Source of the DNA: Pseudomonadota bacterium
Lineage (GTDB): Archaea > Thermoplasmatota > SW-10-69-26 > JACQPN01 > JAJPHT01
Direction of reading: 5' to 3'
DNA: 23,085 nt
Assembly (NCBI GenBank): GCA_021325135.1
Contig: JAJPHT010000049.1
Location: 1 to 23,085 of the forward strand
The notes below the pieces were generated by a model that worked only from the letters and a program-made list of their open reading frames with translations, ran no database searches and had not been told where the DNA came from. This document shows positions 15,975-23,085 of this stretch, piece by piece. How positions within the stretch are numbered: position 1 is the stretch's first letter; each line of letters begins with the position of its first letter. Made by a program: the position numbers and the translations under genes.

Positions 15975-18159
15975 CTTCGAAGGCCTCCAGGCACGCTCCG
16001 GCCTCGGGGCGCGCCGCGGGGTCGCGGTCGAGCATGCGGCGCAGAAGACCGGCAAGCCCGGCGTGGGGCCCCCCTTGGGCCAGCGCGTCCAGCCGCTCGG
16101 GGAACGCGCCGGGCGCCGCGCCGTCCAGAAGGTCCAGCGCGACGACGCCCGCGGAGTAGACGTCGGAGCGTGGCGAGGGCGCGGCCCCCGCCAGCACCTC
16201 GGGCGCCGCATAGCGCGGCGTGAAGCGCGGCTCGACGCCCGCCTCCGGCGCGCCCGGGAGCGTGACGGAGCGGAGGATGCGCGCGCTGCCGAAGTCCGCG
16301 AGCTTGGCGCCTCCCGAGGAGAGGAGGACGTTGCTGGGCTTCACGTCGCCGTGGACGATGCCCACCTCGTGGACCGCGGCGAGGCCGGCCAGGACATCGC
16401 GCGCGATGCCGCGGGCCCTCTCGGGCTCCACCTCGCGGCGCGCGCGCAGCAGGTCCGCCACGGTGCCGCCCTGCGCCAGCTCCATGACGAGGTAGTGCCG
16501 CCGGCCGTAGTCCACCACGTCGTGGACGGTCACGACGTTGGGGTGCGAGAGCGCCCCCGCCGCGCGGGCCTCCGCCAACGCCTGGGAGACGTCGCCCGCG
16601 GCGGGCTCCTCGTCGTACTCCTTCACCGCCACGTCGCGCTGGAGCCTTTCGTCGCGGGCGAGGAACGTGCGCCCCGTGGCGCCCTTGCCCAGCGTCGCGC
16701 GGATGCGATAGCGCGATGCCAGCAGGAGCCCTTCGCGCAGCGGCACGGCCCGCTCCGCGAGCCCGCGCGCGAGGCGGACCTCCTCGTCCGAGAGCCCCAG
16801 GTCCCGGCGCAGCCGCGGCAGGTCGCCCCCGGAGGAGCCCTCCAGCGAGCGCTCCAGCGCGGCCTGGTACACCTCCAGCCGGCGCGGGCGCGTGGCGTCC
16901 TCGGCGAGCGCCAAGGGGAGGGCGCGCTCCACCGCCGAGAGGGCGAGGAAGCCCAGGAGCGCCAGGAGGAACGCCAGGAGCACGCCGCCCAGCGGGCCTC
17001 CAGAGAAGAGGGACGGGTCGGCGCTCACGAGGAGGAGCGCCAGGATGCCGCCGCCCACGAGGACGCCTGCCGTCGCCAGCGCCCGCAGCCCGGCGCGCTG
17101 CGCGCGCGGGGGGAGGCCGAAGAGCTGGAAGCGCAGGATGGAGTAGCCCACGAGGCCCGCGAAGACGAGCCAGCGCGAGGAATAGCGCGCCCGCTCCAGC
17201 GTGAGGAGGACGTACCCGCCTGGCGTCGCGGCGTCGAGGGAGACCCCGCGGTGGGCCAGCGCCGAGAGCGTCGCCCACACGGGCGTAGGGGCCCAGACCA
17301 CCAGCGCGAGGAGCCCGAAGCCCTGGAGGATCCGCCGCAGCGCGCGCCGCCCGCGGGGCCGGGCCTCCAGCGGCGTCCGACGCAGGAGGAGCGAGCCCGC
17401 GGCGAGCGTCGCGGCCACCGTCAGCAGGACCTCCAGGACGCGCACGAAGAGAAGCTGGTACGCAGGGCCCACGGGCGGCGAGATGGCGCGCACCAGCTCC
17501 GCGGAGGTCTCCAGCGAGAGGCCGAAGCGCGAGAACACGGCGATGCCCAGCCCCACGAGGACGAGGTGCCCCTGGCGCTGGCGGATGGCGCTCGTCGCGG
17601 AGGCGTGGTCCTTCCAGAGGAGCACGAACGCCGCGGCGTAGGCTCCCAAACCATACGCGAGGAGCAGGAGCGAGGGGCCGGTGCTCCCGAAGGGCCCCAC
17701 CTCGACGCCCAGCTCCCCGATGATGGGCAGGCGGATGGGCAGCAGGAGATCGGCCGCGAGGAACGTCGCGGCGCCGCCCGCGCAGAGGGCCAGGGCGCGC
17801 CGCGCCCGCGACGAGGGCGCGCAGAACGCGACGGCGAACGCCAGGAGCGCCAGCGGGTTGAGGACCTGCCCCGCGATGCGGAGCGCCTCCAGACGCGGCA
17901 GCCACGTCTCCTGGAGGGGCGTCGGCGTCGCGGGCACGCCCGCGCGGTTCCAGCCGGTGCCCAGCGTGACGAGGTAGGCGGAGTCGAGGACGTACCCCAC
18001 CGCGAGGAGGCCCAGGAACGCCGCGAAGAGGAGGTTCCGGCTGTCGCTGCGGCGGGCCGCGACGACGAGGGCCGCCACCACCAGCAGCACGACCCCAAGG
18101 AAGACGTCGGGCGCGTTCGACAGGTACGAGGAGAAGGAGGCCAAGGCGCAGCGTGCCAT
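15931..18159 (-). CDS. Multi-pass membrane (about 11 TM) receptor-like Hanks-type Ser/Thr protein kinase
   Basis: About 11 hydrophobic segments including YSILRFQLF; kinase motifs LGKGATG, VAVK, HPNVVTVHD, HGDVKPSN, ADFG, TPRYAAPE and SDVYSAG. The start may be TTG at 18144, given GGAGG spacing. Confidence 0.92.
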   Translation of the reverse strand: MARCALASFSSYLSNAPDVFLGVVLLVVAALVVAARRSDSRNLLFAAFLGLLAVGYVLDSAYLVTLGTGWNRAGVPATPTPLQETWLPRLEALRIAGQVLNPLALLAFAVAFCAPSSRARRALALCAGGAATFLAADLLLPIRLPIIGELGVEVGPFGSTGPSLLLLAYGLGAYAAAFVLLWKDHASATSAIRQRQGHLVLVGLGIAVFSRFGLSLETSAELVRAISPPVGPAYQLLFVRVLEVLLTVAATLAAGSLLLRRTPLEARPRGRRALRRILQGFGLLALVVWAPTPVWATLSALAHRGVSLDAATPGGYVLLTLERARYSSRWLVFAGLVGYSILRFQLFGLPPRAQRAGLRALATAGVLVGGGILALLLVSADPSLFSGGPLGGVLLAFLLALLGFLALSAVERALPLALAEDATRPRRLEVYQAALERSLEGSSGGDLPRLRRDLGLSDEEVRLARGLAERAVPLREGLLLASRYRIRATLGKGATGRTFLARDERLQRDVAVKEYDEEPAAGDVSQALAEARAAGALSHPNVVTVHDVVDYGRRHYLVMELAQGGTVADLLRARREVEPERARGIARDVLAGLAAVHEVGIVHGDVKPSNVLLSSGGAKLADFGSARILRSVTLPGAPEAGVEPRFTPRYAAPEVLAGAAPSPRSDVYSAGVVALDLLDGAAPGAFPERLDALAQGGPHAGLAGLLRRMLDRDPAARPEAGACLEAFEVIAPRTRGRSAPGG

Positions 18160-18173
18160 TCCTCCCAGGGGGT

Positions 18174-18240
18174 CAAAGGTCCTTTGGAGCCGCGTCGGCT
18201 CCGGAGGCTCCGCGCGGGGGCACCGCCAATGGCTTTAAGA
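18174..18240. promoter_or_regulatory. Divergent promoter between the kinase and the kelch protein, with palindromes
   Basis: CAAAGG-T-CCTTTG (18174-18186); GGAGCCG-CGT-CGGCTCC (18186-18202); CTTTAAGA (18233-18240) reads TATA-like on both strands. Confidence 0.5.
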
Positions 18241-18272
18241 GCGAGGCCCCCCACTCCGCGCCGGTTGTTGCC

Positions 18273-21062
18273 ATGGCCCGAGGTCCCCCCCTCGTCCTCG
18301 CCGCCCTCCTTCTCCTGAGCGCGCTCCCCCTGGCGGCGCCTCCCGCGTCGGCCGCGGAGGCCAAGGCGCTGGACCACGGCCTGCCGCAGCCCATGGTGGG
18401 CGTGGGCGCGGTGCAGGTGGGCGGAAGCGTGTACCTCCTGGGCGGCCGCTCGGCCGACGGCACGTACAGCAACCAGATCGTCAAGTACGACCCCGCCACC
18501 GGCGCGAACTCCACCGTGGCGACGTTCCCCGACGTGAGCATCGCGCCGGGCTCCTCGGAGCGCTACGCGGGCTCGGTGGCCGCGCACGGCACCAAGGTCT
18601 ACTACTTCGGCGGCGCCACCAGCGTCCAGGGCAACGTGGGTGGCCAGCCCGCGAAGCTCCCCAAGCCCATCCCCGACATCGTGGTCTACGACACGGCGAC
18701 GCCCGACAAGGCGCCCTACGTGCTCTCCTCGCAAGTGCGCGCCTGCCCGCCGTCCAACCCCTCGTGCGCGTCGCTTCCGGGCGAAGGCGCGTGGGGCATG
18801 TCCCTCGCGGTCGTGGGCGACGTGGCCTACCTCTTCGGCGGCTTCACGCTGGACATCTCCACCTACAACTTCGAGCGCCACGACTGGATCCTCGCCTTCG
18901 ACATGGGCACGGAGACGCTCACTCAGCTCTCCGCCACGCTGCCCTACCCCGTGCAGGACGCGGGCGCGGCGTTCGTGAGCGCGCCCTCGCAGCAGGTCTA
19001 CCTCTTCGGCGGCCTCGCCAACAACGGCACCGCGAACCTCTGCCCGGGACGCTACGTCACCAACGACACCACCGGCGAGCAGGAGTACCAGCGCCCCTCG
19101 CTCTGCCTCACGGACCAGATCATCCGCTGGGACCCGCAGCTCCAGCTCAACGCCGAGGTCGCGGACGCGAAGCTCCCCTACCGCGTGCAGTTCGCCTCCG
19201 CGGGCTCCGTGCGCGGCACCAAGGCCTACGTGCTGGGCGGCCTCCTCGTGGACGGCACCGCCTCGCAGGCCATCCTGGAGTTCAACCCCTCCTCCACGAC
19301 GCCGCTGCGCACCCTCACGCCGCGCCTGGACCCCGGCCTCTTCGGGAGCGGGCTCACCGCGGGCGACACCGCGCTCACCCTCTGGGGCGGCCGCGTCGGC
19401 GACCCCAACCAGCTCACCGGCGACGTCGTGCGCTTCGACCCCAACCCCACGGCGCCCTTCCCGCCCGCGGGCGCCACCGCCGCGCGCACCGGCTCGGGCA
19501 TCCACCTCACGTGGCAGCCGCCCACCTACGACGGCGACTCGCCCGTCACGGGCTACCGCGTCTTCCGCGCGGGGGCAGACGGCAACCAGACGCTCCTCAC
19601 GCCGCAGCCCGTCACGGGCCTCTCCTACGACGACGCGTCGGTGAAGCCGGGTGCCAACTACACGTACCGCATCACGGCGCGCAACTCCATCGGCGAGAGC
19701 GATCCCGCCACCGTCAGCACCGCGACGGGCACGACGCCCCCGGGCCCCGTCTCCTCCTTCTCTGTCTACCCCGGCAACGGGCAGGCCGTCCTCAAGTGGG
19801 CGGCGCCCCTGGAGACCGGCGGCGCTGATATCACCGGCTATCACGTCTACTGCAACTGCAGCGACCGGCCCGTGAGCGTCGACGCCTCCACGCGGACCTA
19901 CGCGTGGACCGGCCTCTCCGACGGCGTCGACTACGGCTTCACCCTCCGCGCCGTGAACGCCAAGGGCGAGGGCGCCGCGTCGCCCACGCTCCACGCCATG
20001 CCCGCGCCCGTGCCCGACGCGCCCGTGAGCGTCACCGCGCAGCCCGCGGGCGGCAGCGGCAGCGACGCGACGGGCATCGCCGTCTCGTGGGTCGGGCCCT
20101 CAAGCTCCGTGGACCGCTTCCTGGTTCTGCGCGGCGCGGCCCCCGACGCCATCACGCAGACCGTGGCGAACCTCACCGCGGACCAGTCCTCCTTCACCGA
20201 CCAGGCCGTGGCGCAGGGCGGCACGTACTACTACGCGGTCGTCAGCGTGAACGCGGCCGGCGCCAGCCCGCCCACCGTCTCCGACGCGGTCGCGCTGGTG
20301 GACCCGCCCGGAGCGCCCACCGCGGTCCAGGCCACCGGGCTCGAAGGGCTCGTGCAGCTGACGTGGAGCGCGCCGCAGGACCTCGGCCACGCGACGCCCT
20401 CGGCCATCACCTACGTCGTCACGCGCACCTCGCCGGGCTCCACGCTGGGGAAGATCATCTCGCCCCCGGGCCTCAAGGACACCGCGTTCGCGGACCGCAC
20501 CGCGACGCCCGGCCTCACCTACTCGTACACCGTCACGGCGCAGAACCCCGTGCGCGGCACGCCCAGCGCGGCCGTCACCGCCGTGGCCAAGGTCGTCACC
20601 AACAAGCCGCCCGTCGCGGCGCTCACCATCCTCCCCGCCATCGCGACGGCGGGCGACCCCGTGACGCTGGACGCCACGCAGTCCCACGACCCGGACGGCT
20701 CCATCGAGCAGTACGCCTTCGACTTCGGCGACCACAGCGACCCGGTCCGCTCGGCCAACGCCACCGTGACGCACCACTACGCGCAGAACGGCACCTACGA
20801 GGCGACGGTCGTCGTCACCGACAACCGCGGCAACGTCAGCGCGCCCGTCTCGGCCCGCGTCATCGTGGGCACGCTGGTGGGCAGCGGCGACGGCAGCGGC
20901 GAGGTGGGCGGCGCGGGCAGCACGCCCGGCTCCTCCAGCACGGGGGCGACGCCGGCGCGGCCCGGCTCCAGCTCGCCCAAGATCCCCGCCCCTGGCGTGG
21001 GCCTCGTGGCGTTGGCCGCCGTGGCGCTGGCCCTGGCGACGCGCCGTCACCTCCGCCGGTGA
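18273..21062 (+). CDS. Cell-surface protein: signal peptide, kelch beta-propeller, four FN3 domains, PKD domain, Gly/Ser linker, C-terminal IPAPG-TM-basic anchor
   Basis: Six VYLLGG/YYFGG/AYLFGG/VYLFGG/AYVLGG/TLWGG kelch blades; four W.PP...Y.Y...A.N FN3 repeats; NKPPVA..LDATQSHDPDGSI.QYAFDFGD (PKD); ATG at 18273. Confidence 0.92.
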   Translation: MARGPPLVLAALLLLSALPLAAPPASAAEAKALDHGLPQPMVGVGAVQVGGSVYLLGGRSADGTYSNQIVKYDPATGANSTVATFPDVSIAPGSSERYAGSVAAHGTKVYYFGGATSVQGNVGGQPAKLPKPIPDIVVYDTATPDKAPYVLSSQVRACPPSNPSCASLPGEGAWGMSLAVVGDVAYLFGGFTLDISTYNFERHDWILAFDMGTETLTQLSATLPYPVQDAGAAFVSAPSQQVYLFGGLANNGTANLCPGRYVTNDTTGEQEYQRPSLCLTDQIIRWDPQLQLNAEVADAKLPYRVQFASAGSVRGTKAYVLGGLLVDGTASQAILEFNPSSTTPLRTLTPRLDPGLFGSGLTAGDTALTLWGGRVGDPNQLTGDVVRFDPNPTAPFPPAGATAARTGSGIHLTWQPPTYDGDSPVTGYRVFRAGADGNQTLLTPQPVTGLSYDDASVKPGANYTYRITARNSIGESDPATVSTATGTTPPGPVSSFSVYPGNGQAVLKWAAPLETGGADITGYHVYCNCSDRPVSVDASTRTYAWTGLSDGVDYGFTLRAVNAKGEGAASPTLHAMPAPVPDAPVSVTAQPAGGSGSDATGIAVSWVGPSSSVDRFLVLRGAAPDAITQTVANLTADQSSFTDQAVAQGGTYYYAVVSVNAAGASPPTVSDAVALVDPPGAPTAVQATGLEGLVQLTWSAPQDLGHATPSAITYVVTRTSPGSTLGKIISPPGLKDTAFADRTATPGLTYSYTVTAQNPVRGTPSAAVTAVAKVVTNKPPVAALTILPAIATAGDPVTLDATQSHDPDGSIEQYAFDFGDHSDPVRSANATVTHHYAQNGTYEATVVVTDNRGNVSAPVSARVIVGTLVGSGDGSGEVGGAGSTPGSSSTGATPARPGSSSPKIPAPGVGLVALAAVALALATRRHLRR

Positions 21063-21134
21063 AAGGCGCAGCATCAAGAGCCGGGCAGGCCACGGTCGGC
21101 CCGGAGGCTTGTTGCCGCAAGCCCAGGTGTTGCC

Positions 21135-21395
21135 ATGAAAGCCATCGTCCTCGCCGCCATCGCCTCGGGCGCCGTGGCCGCCAAGCAGGGCCCTCCCGAC
21201 GACAGCACGGCCCGCGTCGACCTCACGAAGTTCGGCGGCCCCATCGTCTACGTCATGTGCGCAGAAGCTACTTCGCTCTCCAACTGCGAGAGCCCCACCT
21301 TCTGGCAGGAGAACAACGCGCTGGACAACCTCCAGACGCACCCCTTCGTGACCCACGAGAAGACGTGGGCCCCCGACAGCCGGCTGCTCCTCTAG
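21135..21395 (+). CDS. Small secreted protein (86 aa, 2 Cys)
   Basis: MKAIVLAAIASGAVAA signal-like N-terminus; AGGTG SD; typical codon usage; WQENNALDNLQ...APDSRLLL C-terminal part. Confidence 0.7.
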   Translation: MKAIVLAAIASGAVAAKQGPPDDSTARVDLTKFGGPIVYVMCAEATSLSNCESPTFWQENNALDNLQTHPFVTHEKTWAPDSRLLL

Positions 21396-21637
21396 ATTCT
21401 CATCTTCATCTCTTTGAGCAGGGCGCGGTACGCTCCGCGCTCCTGCCCCGCGGCCCGCGCCCACGCCACCGTGAGCGCGCCGCCCGCGACCACGCTGGCC
21501 GCCGCGGCCCACGCGCCGAAGGCCAGGGCGGCGGGAGCGCCCAGCAGGGCGACCCCCACGGCCGCGAGGCCCATCCTCTGCGTGACGCGGCTGCGGCGCG
21601 CGAGCGCGCGGACCTCCGGAAGCGTGGCGGGGCGCAT
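21392..21637 (-). CDS. Small two-TM membrane protein (81 aa)
   Basis: Two hydrophobic helices flanked by basic segments; AGGAG just before the ATG at 21637. Confidence 0.55.
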   Translation of the reverse strand: MRPATLPEVRALARRSRVTQRMGLAAVGVALLGAPAALAFGAWAAAASVVAGGALTVAWARAAGQERGAYRALLKEMKMRI

Positions 21638-21720
21638 GTCTCCTGGGGAGCGTCGCGGGGGGATTCTCCCTTCTGCTGGCCGCGGGTGCGGCGCTGTGTC
21701 GCTGTGCTGAGCACGTCTCA

Positions 21721-21802
21721 ACGCCACGGCGCGACGGACGAGGGGATACGGGGTTCCCGAATCGTCGCGTCGTGGCGCCGTGGCGTCGTCGCGTCAAGAC
21801 GT
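21721..21802. repeat. Degenerate 8-mer tandem repeat with an inverted copy
   Basis: CGTCGCGT CGTGGCGC CGTGGCGT CGTCGCGT (21763-21794); ACGCCACGGCGC (21721-21732) is the reverse complement of GCGCCGTGGCGT (21775-21786). Confidence 0.75.
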
Positions 21803-21825
21803 GACGAAGAGGACTCCCCGCGCGC

Positions 21826-23085
21826 TCACACGTTCGGCGCGTCGACCTGCTCGAAGGCGATATCGCCGCGGACGAGCGCCGTCAGGGCGGGCACGAGCTT
21901 CGCGCGGGCGAGGCGCTTCTGCGCGCCCGTGTCGCGCTCGCGCAGCGTGACGGTGCCGTCGTCCTTGGACTGGTAGTCGATGGTCACGCAGAAGGGCGTG
22001 CCGATCTCGTCCTGGCGCGCGTAGCGCCGGCCGATGGCGCCGCCATCGTCGTACTGCGCGGCGAGCCCCGCGAGGCGAAGCTCGCGGTCGATCTCCGAGG
22101 CGAGCGCGTCGAGGCCGTCCTTCGCCATGAGCGGGAAGACGCCCACCTTCACCGGCGCGACCTGGGGCGCGAGGCGCAGGGAGGTCCACTCCTTCTTGCC
22201 CGCGGGGCCCTCCCACGAGCTTTCCAGCACGGCGTAGAAGATGCGGTCGATGCCGTAGGAGGGCTCCACGACGTGGGGGACGTACCACTCGCCTTCGACG
22301 CGCTCCAGGCGCTTCTCCACGCGGTACATCTCGGAGGTGAGCGTCACGGCCTCGCCGTCCACGCTGAGGGTGAGCGATGGGGGCGCGACCTCGGGCGCCT
22401 CCATCTCGCGGAGCGCCTGGCTGATGGCGCCTGCCTTCCCCTTGAACGTGGGGCCGATCTTCGTCGGGTTGGGCACGTAGCGGTTGACCTCCATCTCGCG
22501 CGGCTCCGGATACCTGCGCATCGCGCGCAGCTTCTGGCCGCTCACGCGCTCGTGGGCCTTGAGGTCGTAGTCCGTGCGGTCCGCGATGCCGACGATCTCC
22601 ACCCAGCCGAAGCGGGGGCTATCAAACTCGGCGTCCCAGGTGTCGGTGGAGTAGTGCGCCTTCTCCTCGCGGCCGTGCTGGCGGAAGCGCAGGGTCTTCG
22701 GGTCGCGCCCGACGCCCGCGGCCTCCAGGAACTCGGCGGTGAGGGCGATGAAGTAGCCCAAGGCGCCATTCGCGATGATGCCCTTGTCCACCGCCTCCTG
22801 CATGCGCATGCGGCGCGGCTCGCTCTCGTCGCGCGCGAGGAGGTTCAACTCCTTCTGCGCGAGGCGCTGGAACGCGGGCCAGCTCTTGGCCTCGGGGTCG
22901 AAGAAGACCTCGGCCTCCATCTGGTGGAACTCGCGCAGGCGCAGCAGGCTCTGGCGCGGGCTGATCTCGTTCCGGTAGGCCTTCCCCACCTGCACCGCGC
23001 CGAAGGGGAGCTTCTCGCGGAAGAAGCGGTAGAGCCAGTTGAAGTCCATGAACATGCCCTGCGCGGTCTCGGGGCGCAGGTACGC
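21826..23085 (-). CDS. glyS: Glycine--tRNA ligase, homodimeric archaeal/eukaryotic type (5'-truncated by window edge)
   Basis: YLRPETAQG, GKAYRNEISPRQ, RLREFHQME.E.F, EKAHYS.D.WDAE, GIADRTDYDL, PHVVEPSYGIDR and IGRRYARQDEIGTPFCVTID. Confidence 0.97.
   Translation of the reverse strand, partial: AYLRPETAQGMFMDFNWLYRFFREKLPFGAVQVGKAYRNEISPRQSLLRLREFHQMEAEVFFDPEAKSWPAFQRLAQKELNLLARDESEPRRMRMQEAVDKGIIANGALGYFIALTAEFLEAAGVGRDPKTLRFRQHGREEKAHYSTDTWDAEFDSPRFGWVEIVGIADRTDYDLKAHERVSGQKLRAMRRYPEPREMEVNRYVPNPTKIGPTFKGKAGAISQALREMEAPEVAPPSLTLSVDGEAVTLTSEMYRVEKRLERVEGEWYVPHVVEPSYGIDRIFYAVLESSWEGPAGKKEWTSLRLAPQVAPVKVGVFPLMAKDGLDALASEIDRELRLAGLAAQYDDGGAIGRRYARQDEIGTPFCVTIDYQSKDDGTVTLRERDTGAQKRLARAKLVPALTALVRGDIAFEQVDAPNV

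Noticed and set aside
8793-21976. Long antisense or alternate-frame ORFs (8793-11057 -, 15712-18318 +, 17421-19994 -, 19904-21976 +, etc.)
   Set aside because: Shadow ORFs caused by high GC3 bias over well-supported genes; no recognisable motifs.

Overview
A very GC-rich, gene-dense archaeal chromosomal segment, most plausibly Thermoplasmatota. This rests on a PPAT/CoaD-YjjX fusion, a DUF2240 gene, an archaeal/eukaryotic-type GlyRS, TATA-like boxes about 25-35 nt before starts, and archaeosortase-like C-terminal tails; the taxonomy is inference. In order it holds: a phosphate ABC operon (pstS partial, pstC, pstA, pstB, phoU), a Cys-less rhodanese-like protein, a tandem USP, an orphan of about 357 aa, RNase HI, a ~580-bp palindrome-rich non-coding gap, a HisA/HisF-like barrel, DUF2240 (apparent CTG start), a wHTH regulator divergent from a candidate structured ncRNA, two paralogous DUF4097 lipoproteins, the coaD-yjjX fusion preceded by a duplicated gene start/uORF, small secreted proteins, and a class III aminotransferase. 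Next comes the most interesting block: secreted Cys-rich protein <- -> wHTH-FHA regulator -> <- multi-TM non-RD Ser/Thr receptor kinase <- -> kelch-FN3x4-PKD surface protein. The window ends with two small genes and the 3' part of glyS. I saw no rRNA, tRNA, CRISPR array, transposase or integrase. All domain calls are by eye from motifs; no searches were run.
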